This document shows, one piece after another, positions 23,876 to 32,130 of a stretch of 64,000 nucleotides of DNA. This stretch comes from Kiritimatiellia bacterium (GTDB lineage: Bacteria > Verrucomicrobiota > Kiritimatiellia > RFP12 > UBA1067). Location: positions 6,277 through 70,276 of the forward strand of contig JAKSOW010000001.1 in NCBI GenBank assembly GCA_024405395.1, read 5' to 3'. Position 1 is the stretch's first letter. The number at the start of each line of letters is the position of its first letter. The position numbers were made by a program, and so were the translations under genes. The notes under the pieces are model-generated. The model did not search any database. It was not told the DNA's origin and saw only the letters and a program-made list of their open reading frames with translations.

Positions 23876-25843
23876 TTAGTGATGTCCCCTTTTGATGATG
23901 ATGGCCAGAACCGAAATGTCGGCAGGATTGACGCCCGGAATGCGGCCCGCCTGTGCCAAAGTCTCCGGACGATACTTCTTCATCTTTTCCCGGCTCTCAT
24001 ACCTGATGGCCGGACACTTGTCGTAATCCAGCCAATGGGGAATCTTGATGTTCTCGTCGCGCTTGGCCCGTTCGGCGGCAATGTTCTCCTGGCGAATGTA
24101 GCCGGCGTAGTGGTGACGGATTTTCACCTGTTCAACCACAGGATCAGGAACCTGAATGGAAGAGCCGCCGATTTCGATCTCGGCGTTAGGGTTACCGTCA
24201 GGCTGAACAGACAATACGCGTTTCAGCTTTTTGTTGTCCTGCTCGATGGTGTTGATCATATCGGCAAACGATTTGGTTTCCTCCCGAATGACCTTCGGCA
24301 GAATGCCTACCCTTTCCGCTGCTTCCTGCAGGCGGTAGCGGGCATTGTCCTGACGCAGGATCAGGCGGCGCTCGGCACGTGATGTGAACATGCGATAAGG
24401 TTCATCGGTTCCCTTGGTGACCAAGTCATCGATCAATACGCCAATGTACGCATCCTGGCGGCTGATCACAAGCGGGCTTTCATGCTTGACCTTGAAGGCG
24501 GCATTTATTCCCGCCATGATGCCCTGGGCGGCAGCTTCCTCATAACCCGTTGTCCCGTTGATTTGGCCGGCAAAGAACAGACCGGATATACGCTTGGATT
24601 CCAGCGAATGCGTCAGCTCACGGGCGTCAATTCCATCATACTCAATGGCGTAGGCATACGCAAGGAATTCGGCGTGCTCCAGACCTGGAACGGAATGGAC
24701 CAGTTCTTCCTGAACCTGACGAGGAAGAGAGTTGGATAGACCATTAGGATAGATGATCTGCCCTGCACGATCTTCGGGTTCAAGGATGACATGATGACCA
24801 TCAACACCCGCGAATCTGACTATCTTATCCTCAATCGATGGACAATACCTGACGCCCGTTCCACTTATCATTCCACCATAAAGAGATGAATCCTTAAGAT
24901 GCGAACGTATGATTTCATGGCTGATTGGCGTTGTATGGGTTGCCCAACAGATAGCTTTAGCGGAATTCAAAGGCCACGGAGCGAACAAATCCGCATTGTT
25001 CCACGTGGAACAGTCCGTTGAACTGGATTCTGATGCGGAATTGGCATTGTTCCACGTGGAACAAAGACCAGAAATGGGTTCAGATGAAGCTAAATCATGG
25101 TTGTTCCACGTGGAACAATTGATTCCGGGTGTTAAACCATGGGAAAGGAGGTATCTGGTTCTGAGGGAGAAATAAGGCGGATTATCCTCTCCTTCCTGCG
25201 GTGTACACACCGAAAAGTCGCAGCTTGATGCCTTTAAGCGTGGCGGTGTACCTGTTTTAAGCCGAATAAGCTGAAAACCGAGTTTGGAAAGCGAATCGGA
25301 TAGCTGATTGACGGCTGGCCGCCCATCTCCGCCAGATTCCGTGCATTCCTTGCCAATGAATATCCGCCCTCGCAAAGCCGTTCCGGAGGTTATCACCAAA
25401 GCCTCACAGTTGATCAGTCCGTTCTTCTCGGTTCTGATTCCGGTTACGGTGTCATGATTGGTTATCACCTCAAGGGCGGCATCCTCGATCACGGTCAGGT
25501 TTTTGGTGCTGTTGACAACCAACTGCATGCGCCGTGTGTATTCGCTCTTGTCGCATTGTGCTCGTGTTGCCTGCACGGCTGGACCACGGCTCAAGTTCAA
25601 TGTCTTTTCCTGGAGCGAAGTGAGGTCGGTGTTGAATCCCATTTCGCCGCCCAACGCATCCAACTCAAACACCAGATGACTTTTGGCAAGTCCGCCAATG
25701 GAAGGATTGCAGGGCATACGCGCAATGGCAGACTTGAGCCCCGTAACCAAAAGGGTGTCAATGCCCATGCGTGCAGCGGCCAATGCCGCTTCGGCTCCGG
25801 CATGGCCTCCACCAACCACAACAATTGAAAAATCTGTTTTCAT
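23876..25843 (-). CDS. mnmG: tRNA uridine-5-carboxymethylaminomethyl modification enzyme MnmG (GidA), with an internal repeat insertion
   Basis: The FAD motif is [19 protein letters not shown]. Other conserved stretches are [12 protein letters not shown] and [19 protein letters not shown]. The segment between PPYFSLR and ICWATHTT is about 68 aa long. Confidence 0.95.
   Translation of the reverse strand: MKTDFSIVVVGGGHAGAEAALAAARMGIDTLLVTGLKSAIARMPCNPSIGGLAKSHLVFELDALGGEMGFNTDLTSLQEKTLNLSRGPAVQATRAQCDKSEYTRRMQLVVNSTKNLTVIEDAALEVITNHDTVTGIRTEKNGLINCEALVITSGTALRGRIFIGKECTESGGDGRPAVNQLSDSLSKLGFQLIRLKTGTPPRLKASSCDFSVCTPQEGEDNPPYFSLRTRYLLSHGLTPGINCSTWNNHDLASSEPISGLCSTWNNANSASESSSTDCSTWNNADLFAPWPLNSAKAICWATHTTPISHEIIRSHLKDSSLYGGMISGTGVRYCPSIEDKIVRFAGVDGHHVILEPEDRAGQIIYPNGLSNSLPRQVQEELVHSVPGLEHAEFLAYAYAIEYDGIDARELTHSLESKRISGLFFAGQINGTTGYEEAAAQGIMAGINAAFKVKHESPLVISRQDAYIGVLIDDLVTKGTDEPYRMFTSRAERRLILRQDNARYRLQEAAERVGILPKVIREETKSFADMINTIEQDNKKLKRVLSVQPDGNPNAEIEIGGSSIQVPDPVVEQVKIRHHYAGYIRQENIAAERAKRDENIKIPHWLDYDKCPAIRYESREKMKKYRPETLAQAGRIPGVNPADISVLAIIIKRGHH
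24997..25117. repeat. three perfect copies of the 16-nt palindrome TGTTCCACGTGGAACA inside mnmG
   Basis: Copies lie at 24997..25012, 25048..25063 and 25102..25117, with spacings of 51 and 54 nt (in frame). Each encodes CSTWNN in the mnmG frame. The sequences between the copies are unrelated to each other. Confidence 0.9.
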
Positions 25844-25933
25844 TGCAGATATTATAACATGCTTTAAGACAAAATATAAGAGATAACAGATAAAAGATAA
25901 ACGAGGGCCTCTGCTTTTCTCGATGAAATCTTT

Positions 25934-26174
25934 AAGACAGGATTTACAAGATTAACAGGATTTAGAAGCCTGACCGATTGAGATAATTAATGTGGCGATT
26001 GCAAGTCGTGGTCGGTGGGTTCATTGAAACCAGTCCTGTCTGTTTAATAGGCGTAGGTTCAGGTAGGACAACATTGACGATGCCGCCGCTAATGAGATAT
26101 TGCAGTATCCTCAATAAATAAAGCAACATCGGGGAAATCCTGTTAATCCTGTTAATCCTGTCGGAAATCAGGAT
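25934..26174. repeat. inverted clusters of ACAGGATT(T/A) / (A/T)AATCCTGT 9-mers flanking ~165 nt
   Basis: ACAGGATTT lies at 25937 and 25955. Three contiguous copies, AAATCCTGT-TAATCCTGT-TAATCCTGT, span 26135..26161. AAATCAGGAT follows at 26165. The arms GACAGGATTTACAAGATTAACAGGATTT and GACAGGATTAACAGGATTAACAGGATTT (reverse complement of the right arm) are near-identical. Confidence 0.7.
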
Positions 26175-27191
26175 CTGCTCTGTCAGTCCAGTTCTCAGTT
26201 AGTTTCCGTTAAGATTTTGACTGAAAAGCCCGCCAGTAGAATTCATCAGTCAAAAACCTGAATCGCCTAAGCAATCAAGGAAAGGGGCTGGAAAAATCCC
26301 GGAATCATGAGCGTCATATTCACCTCGACAAAGGAGTGCGTGATTTGAGAATTGAGGGCTAAAAGGCGAATGTGTCTTGTCCAATCATATCGAAAACATC
26401 GCGATTGAATTGTCCGGAAGGGTTCATTCTCAATCGTTTTCCGTGGCCGCCAGATGGCGGTTTCCGTGTCCTTCCATGGTCTTCTACCTGGCGAAACAAC
26501 ATTATTCAACATATCAAATAACTTCTGGCTTTTTGGGAAAATGCAGATGCATTTGCCATACTGGAGATCCTCTCGTTCCGCTAAAACTTCAATGATCAAA
26601 TGATCCGATGAGATTCACTATCAACAGTTATTCACATTTATGAAACGAGCGATTATGCGACAAACAGAAGAGGCCCAAGTACGGGAAACCTTGATTTTAC
26701 GGGCTTTTATGCTTGTGCCGAAAAAGTCAACAGAAAGATATGCAAAATACTGTCATAATTATGAACTACTTATGAACAGGTTTTAGGCAACGGTTCAGAA
26801 CTATTGACAGGTGATTTCTGCAATGTAATTCACATTATCGGCCCATAAGCATGGAAGGGCCGAATGTTATGACGGAAACGGAAAGGAAACCCCTTATGAT
26901 CTGGGGTGTGGTCGTCAAAACGGAACTCACCGTAGAGCATCATCCCCTGCGGCAAGGCTCAGTACCTGAAGCATGGGGATTTGGTATCAGAAGCAGGAAT
27001 TCGTAGTATCTGAGTCAAATGAAACGGTATCTGAGATGAATTCCATTGTCTGGGTAGGATTGCAGTACATGTTCCATGACTGTTTCATTTGGAATGTCGG
27101 AAAAGGGGCTGAAAGCGTCTCATCTCAGAGTGTAATGCGTTATGCGTCAAATTGGCGGCAACGGAGCAGTTGCGAATACAACAAATTAAAA

Positions 27192-27221
27192 TTGTATACA
27201 TATTAAAGGATATGCTATACT
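27192..27221 (+). promoter_or_regulatory. candidate promoter TTGTAT-18 nt-TGcTATACT for the beta-helix gene
   Basis: The extended -10, TGCTATACT, lies at 27213..27221 within an AT-rich tract. An AGGAGG RBS lies at 27241, and the ATG is at 27253. Confidence 0.4.
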
Positions 27222-27252
27222 TTAAGCATCGTCAACCGCAAGGAGGAAAGAA

Positions 27253-28620
27253 ATGGGTCTTGTCAATAAAGTAGCTTGCATGGCATGCGCCATGTTGGGA
27301 GTCGCCGTGACCGCAGAAGCTGCGGACATCTATGTTTCGTTGGATGCCGGAAAGAACAAGAATCCCGGAACGAAGGAATCTCCGCTCAAGAATCTCTGGA
27401 AGGCGCTCGAGAAGGCGGAACATGGCGATGTCATCCATGTGGCCGAGGGCATCTATCCCGGCAAGATGAAGCAGAGCTGGTTCAAGATCGACAAGGCCGT
27501 CTCCATCATCGGCGGCTATGCGAAGGACTTTTCGGCCCGTCAGCCGCTCGTCCACAAGACGATGTTCCAGGCGCTGAACGACAACAACGACAAGAAGGGC
27601 AATGGCCTTGGCGTGTTCCACGTCGAGTTCGACCACACCAAGCCCGAGCCCGACGGCGTCAACATGGTTTTCGACGGTCTCATCTTCGATGAGGGCTTCG
27701 CGAATTCCTACCATGAGACCAAGGGCAAGCCCGAGGGGTTCGACACCGGCATGTGGCTGGAGGGCCCGGCATGGAACAAGAACCGCGACAAGTTCCCGTC
27801 CCCCAATCGCTATCTCGTCTATTCGGCTACGCAGAACCGTGCCACGGGCAATGTGACGTTCAAGAACTGCTCGTTCGTCAACTCCGGCAACATTGCGCTC
27901 AACTTCACGTGGTACAAGGGCAAGGTCACGGTCGAGAACTGCGTGTTCTGCAACAACCGCATGATTGGCGCCAACGTGCTCTGCTCGTCGGCGGTGCCGA
28001 TGGACGGCCCCAACAAGCCTCGTGCCGGCTGGAAGCCCGTCGTCGAATGGGAGTTCGCGCACAACACGGTGCTCTTCACCTGGAGCCGCCTCAACGATCT
28101 CGGCGACATGGGCTTCGGCATCCGCAACAACACGGGCGTCAAGGCCAACATCCATGACAACGTGATCGGCCTGAACGTCCTCACGGGCTTCGACAACACG
28201 AAGGGTGCCGGCAAGACGAAGATCACCAACCTCGACAACAACATCTTCTTCCTCAACCGCGAAAGCGATGTCCAGATGACGGTCTCGCCTTCGATCGCCA
28301 AGGTTCGTGTGGATGGCTTCGAGGATCTCGAGGGCACGGATGGCATCGAGTCCATCGAGGACAATGCGGACCTCAAGGATCCGTCCGTGTTCAAGGGCCG
28401 CCTCAATGCGAAGTACCTGAATTCCTTCCTCTCGATGAAGTACTCCGAGAAGACGAAGCTCGACGAGGGCAAGTGCAACGGGCTCCGTTCCGTCCTGGGT
28501 CTGCCGCTGCAGGGCACGATCACGACTAAGTGCGACATGTTCTGCAACCGCTATCCGCTTGAGGATGCCCTCAAGCTCTTCGGTGCGATCGCCGGCAAGG
28601 GTGCGCAGGACATCAAGTAA
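27253..28620 (+). CDS. exported right-handed parallel beta-helix protein (DUF1565/pectate-lyase-fold-like)
   Basis: The signal peptide is MGLVNKVACMACAMLGVAVTAEA. The sequence ADIYVSLDAGKNKNPGTKESPLKNLWKALEKAEHGDVIHVAEGIYPG is the usual N-terminal cap of DUF1565-type beta-helix proteins. Repeated N-rich turns such as VTFKNCSFVNSGN and VENCVFCNN follow. Confidence 0.8.
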   Translation: MGLVNKVACMACAMLGVAVTAEAADIYVSLDAGKNKNPGTKESPLKNLWKALEKAEHGDVIHVAEGIYPGKMKQSWFKIDKAVSIIGGYAKDFSARQPLVHKTMFQALNDNNDKKGNGLGVFHVEFDHTKPEPDGVNMVFDGLIFDEGFANSYHETKGKPEGFDTGMWLEGPAWNKNRDKFPSPNRYLVYSATQNRATGNVTFKNCSFVNSGNIALNFTWYKGKVTVENCVFCNNRMIGANVLCSSAVPMDGPNKPRAGWKPVVEWEFAHNTVLFTWSRLNDLGDMGFGIRNNTGVKANIHDNVIGLNVLTGFDNTKGAGKTKITNLDNNIFFLNRESDVQMTVSPSIAKVRVDGFEDLEGTDGIESIEDNADLKDPSVFKGRLNAKYLNSFLSMKYSEKTKLDEGKCNGLRSVLGLPLQGTITTKCDMFCNRYPLEDALKLFGAIAGKGAQDIK

Positions 28621-28765
28621 GATGGCGGGAATGTCCTTCACGAACGCCGCCCATTTCATTTGAGTTGTGCAGTGGGCGTGACGGCTGCCCGTCGGGGCAG
28701 CCGTCAACAGTTTGGGGTCGTGGAGATAAAGCGCATGAGGGCGCAATCCCCAAGAGGATGGCGAG

Positions 28766-30853
28766 ATGATAGTAGACAAAGTGAAATGGGGCGCAGGCTG
28801 TCTCATTGAAATCGCCGTGCTGCTGGCGGTTAGCGTGGTGTTCACCCAGGAGCAGCTGAACGCCTGCATCAGGTTCATGGTCATCCTCGCGATTCCGTCG
28901 TGGCTGCTGCGGCACTTTCTCTTCACGGAGCGCACGCCCGATTGGCTGCGCATGCTGTTCGGTCCCATGGGGCTGCTGCTGTGCGTTGTCCTGGGCTACT
29001 TCATTCCAATCTCGGTTTCGAACGCGGCGGATCCCGAAAACGTGGGCGGCAAGGCGGCGGAGACCGTCGAAACCAAAAAGGATGCCGAGCCGCCGGAATC
29101 GGCCGAGGCTGTGCTCGCCCAGCTTGATGATCTCGTTGGCCTTGAGGGCGTCAAGGCCGAGGTGAAGAAGATCGTCAATCTCGTCAAGATCAACGAAGCC
29201 CGCAAGGCCCAGGGCCTCAAGGTGCCGCCCATGACCTACCACATGGTCTTCACCGGCAATCCCGGAACGGGCAAGACCACGGTGGCTCGCCTCGTTGCGC
29301 GTGCGTTCGTGGCGTTGGGCATCATCGGAAACAGGACGATCGTCGAGGTTGACCGCTCGTCGCTGGTCGGACGCTACATGGGCGAGACGTCGGTGAAGAC
29401 GAACCAGAAGATCGATGAGGCCATGGGCATCAGGCCCAGGTTCGACAAGTCCGGCAAGCCCGTCGAGCTGACGGCCGAGCAGCGCATCCGCGAAACGGAA
29501 AAGGCCCCGGGCGGCGTGCTGTTCGTCGACGAAGCCTATCAGCTCGTGAACGGCGACAACGACGACTACGGCAAGGAGGCGATTGCCACGATACTCAAGC
29601 GGATGGAGGACAACCGCGACAAGCTGATCGTGATCGCCGCCGGCTACACGGATGAGATGCGCGACTTCCTGGACGCGAACTCCGGTCTTCGCAGCCGTTT
29701 TGCGCGCACGATCGAGTTCGCCGACTACACGGCCGTCGAACTCGCGAAGATCTTTCGGTCGATGGCCAAGAAGAACCAGTTCACGCTGGCGGAGGATCTG
29801 GACAAGGGCCTGGGGGCGGCCATCGAGAAACTCACGAAGAAGCGCGACCGCACATTTGGCAACGCCCGTTTCATCCGTCAGCTCTTCGAGGACGCCACGG
29901 GCCGCCAGGCCAACCGGCTGGCCGAGGCGGGGAAGATGGACGCCGCTGCGCTCACCACGCTCACGCTGGCCGATCTTGGTCTGAAGGAGAAGAAGGAAGA
30001 CGTGCGTGCGCCCACGATCGAGGAAGTGCTGGCCGAGCTCGATTCGCTCACGGGCATGCAGCCCGTCAAGGACGAGATTCGCCGCCTCATCGCCTCCTGC
30101 CGAGCCAACAAGCTGCGTGAGGAGAAGGGCGTTGAGGGCAATGTCACGATGAGCTACAACTTCGTCTTCACCGGCAACCCCGGCACAGGCAAGACCACCG
30201 TGGCCCGCATTCTCGGCAAAGCGTTTCGCGCCCTGGGGATTCTTGATCGCGCAAACTTCGTGGAGACGGATCGCTCGGGACTCGTCGCCAAGTACGAGGG
30301 GCAGACGGCTCTGAAGACGAACCGCCTGATCGATTCGGCCAAGGGCGGCATCCTGTTCATCGACGAAGCCTATCAGCTGAATCAGGGCGAGAACGACCAG
30401 TTCGGCTCCGAGGCGGTCGCCACGCTCCTCAAGCGCATGGAGGACTCGCGGGGATCGATGGTCGTGATCATCGCCGGCTACAAGGAGGAGATGAAGAAGT
30501 TCATGGCGATCAACTCCGGTCTCGAAAGCCGGTTCAACCGCACAATCGAATTTCCCGATTTCACCACCAAGGAGCTGGGCACCATCTTCCGCAGCATGGC
30601 CAAGAAGGGGAAGTACAAACTCTCGGCGGACGTGGAACACTGGTTGAATCCCTACATCGCCATGCTCACGAAGAAGAAGAGCAAGGCCTTCGGCAATGCG
30701 CGCTGGGTGCGCAATCTCTTCGAGAAGTCGGTCGAGCGCCAGTCGCTGCGCATCGTCGACCTGAAGGATCCCTCGGCCGAGGAGCTCGTCACGTTGCGTC
30801 TGAAGGATGTTGGCATTTCGCTCAAGGATCCCAATGCCTCGGCTGAGGACTAG
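28766..30853 (+). CDS. membrane-anchored tandem AAA+ ATPase (CbxX/SpoVK/EccA-type modules)
   Basis: The N-terminal ~90 aa contain 2-3 hydrophobic helices. There are two modules with the Walker A sequence FTGNPGTGKTTVAR (nt ~29251 and ~30166). The Walker B sequences are LFVDEAYQL and LFIDEAYQL. GYxxEM and SRF motifs typical of the CbxX/SpoVK group are present. Confidence 0.85.
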   Translation: MIVDKVKWGAGCLIEIAVLLAVSVVFTQEQLNACIRFMVILAIPSWLLRHFLFTERTPDWLRMLFGPMGLLLCVVLGYFIPISVSNAADPENVGGKAAETVETKKDAEPPESAEAVLAQLDDLVGLEGVKAEVKKIVNLVKINEARKAQGLKVPPMTYHMVFTGNPGTGKTTVARLVARAFVALGIIGNRTIVEVDRSSLVGRYMGETSVKTNQKIDEAMGIRPRFDKSGKPVELTAEQRIRETEKAPGGVLFVDEAYQLVNGDNDDYGKEAIATILKRMEDNRDKLIVIAAGYTDEMRDFLDANSGLRSRFARTIEFADYTAVELAKIFRSMAKKNQFTLAEDLDKGLGAAIEKLTKKRDRTFGNARFIRQLFEDATGRQANRLAEAGKMDAAALTTLTLADLGLKEKKEDVRAPTIEEVLAELDSLTGMQPVKDEIRRLIASCRANKLREEKGVEGNVTMSYNFVFTGNPGTGKTTVARILGKAFRALGILDRANFVETDRSGLVAKYEGQTALKTNRLIDSAKGGILFIDEAYQLNQGENDQFGSEAVATLLKRMEDSRGSMVVIIAGYKEEMKKFMAINSGLESRFNRTIEFPDFTTKELGTIFRSMAKKGKYKLSADVEHWLNPYIAMLTKKKSKAFGNARWVRNLFEKSVERQSLRIVDLKDPSAEELVTLRLKDVGISLKDPNASAED

Positions 30854-30932
30854 GCTCGTTGTGCGATAGGATGAATTTTAATAGTTGAAAACAAATCGGC
30901 ATGCGGTCATCCGCAGAAAGGCAGAAAGAAGA

Positions 30933-32099
30933 ATGGCAGTTACAGAAACGACAACCGTGTCCTGGGGTTCACGGCTTGGAAGCTCCATCAAGGGCGTGCT
31001 CTTTGGGTTGGTGCTTTTTGGCGTGGGCTTCCCCGTCCTCTTCTGGAACGAGGGCAATTCGGTCAAGACGGCCAAGGCGCTGGACGAGGGCGAAGGCGCC
31101 TGCATCCCCGTCGAGTCGAATGCGAAGATCGATGCGGAGATGGAAGGCCAGCTCGTGCACATGACGGGCATGGCGGACACCAAGGACGTGCTGACGGACG
31201 ACGCCTTCGGCATCTCCACGACGGCCATCGCCCTCTCCCGTGAGACGGAGATGTACCAGTGGGAGGAGGAGAGCCACACCACCGAGAAGAAGAACATGGG
31301 CGGCAGCGTCACGAAGACCACCACCTACACCTACAAGCAGGTGTGGTCGAGCCGGGCGATCGACTCCAGCAACTTCAAGGAAGCGGGCCACGACAACCCG
31401 GGCTTCATCGAATTCCCCTCCGAGGACAAGCGGGCGGCCAACGTCTCGTTCGGCGCTTTCCAGCTGAACGAAAAGCAGATCGGCCGCATCGGCTCCGCCC
31501 AGGCCTATCAGCTCCCCACCGGCTTCGTGTGCAAGGTTGCGCGCGTGCAGTATCAGGGGCAGTACATTCTCGTGCCGAACAAGGCCACCCGCGAGAACGC
31601 GCTCAACAACCGTGACGTGGCGTCGCAGCCGCGGGTGGGCGACATGCGCGTTTCCTTCAAGGTGATCCAGCCCCACAAGATCTCCATCGTCGCCAAGCAG
31701 CGGGGGAATTCCTTCGTGGGCTATCTGGCGAAGACGAAGAAGAAGGTGGACCTGCTGCAGGATGGCGTCGTCGATCTGCCGGAGATGTTCGAGGCGGCCC
31801 GTGATGCGAATGCGCTCCTGACCTGGCTGCTGCGTCTGGGCGGATTCCTCCTGATGTATGTCGGCCTCAGCATGGTCTTCAGGCCGCTGTCGGTTCTGGC
31901 GGATGTGCTGCCGATCCTCGGCGACATCGTTGGCATGGGCACGGGTCTCGTGGCCGGCGTCATCGCCCTCGTCTGCGCATTGGTGACAATCGCCATTGCC
32001 TGGATCTTCTACCGTCCCGTGCTGGCGATTGCGCTGCTCGTGGCGGCGGGTGCGCTGGTCTTCTTCATCATCAAGAAGAAGGCCGGGGCCAAGAAGTAG
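30933..32099 (+). CDS. TMEM43/DUF1625-like membrane protein
   Basis: WGSRLGSSIKGVLFGLVLFGVGFPVLFWNEGNSVKTAKALDEGEG matches my recollection of the DUF1625 N-terminus. The C-terminus has a cluster of hydrophobic helices. The start is ATG 30933 (MAVTETT...) or the upstream ATG at 30885. Confidence 0.65.
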   Translation: MAVTETTTVSWGSRLGSSIKGVLFGLVLFGVGFPVLFWNEGNSVKTAKALDEGEGACIPVESNAKIDAEMEGQLVHMTGMADTKDVLTDDAFGISTTAIALSRETEMYQWEEESHTTEKKNMGGSVTKTTTYTYKQVWSSRAIDSSNFKEAGHDNPGFIEFPSEDKRAANVSFGAFQLNEKQIGRIGSAQAYQLPTGFVCKVARVQYQGQYILVPNKATRENALNNRDVASQPRVGDMRVSFKVIQPHKISIVAKQRGNSFVGYLAKTKKKVDLLQDGVVDLPEMFEAARDANALLTWLLRLGGFLLMYVGLSMVFRPLSVLADVLPILGDIVGMGTGLVAGVIALVCALVTIAIAWIFYRPVLAIALLVAAGALVFFIIKKKAGAKK

Positions 32100-32130
32100 T
32101 CTGCGTCTGTCGCAGCATAAGGACTGATGG

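Noticed and set aside
24997-25117. CRISPR-like geometry (identical repeats with unique 33-38-nt spacers) inside mnmG.
   Set aside because: The shared repeat is only 16-20 nt and there are only three copies. The periodicity is a multiple of 3, which preserves the mnmG frame. No cas genes or leader are present. It is kept as a finding of another kind.
26019-26030. GTTCATTGAAAC, resembling the conserved 3' end of some CRISPR repeats.
   Set aside because: It is a single occurrence, with no repeated unit or spacers around it.
26267-26599. 110-aa minus-strand ORF (and the 72-aa plus-strand ORF 26377..26595) in the non-coding strand-switch region.
   Set aside because: There is no RBS, no recognisable motif and no supporting partner genes. 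The two ORFs overlap each other on opposite strands. They could be a decayed gene fragment, but I cannot support a call.
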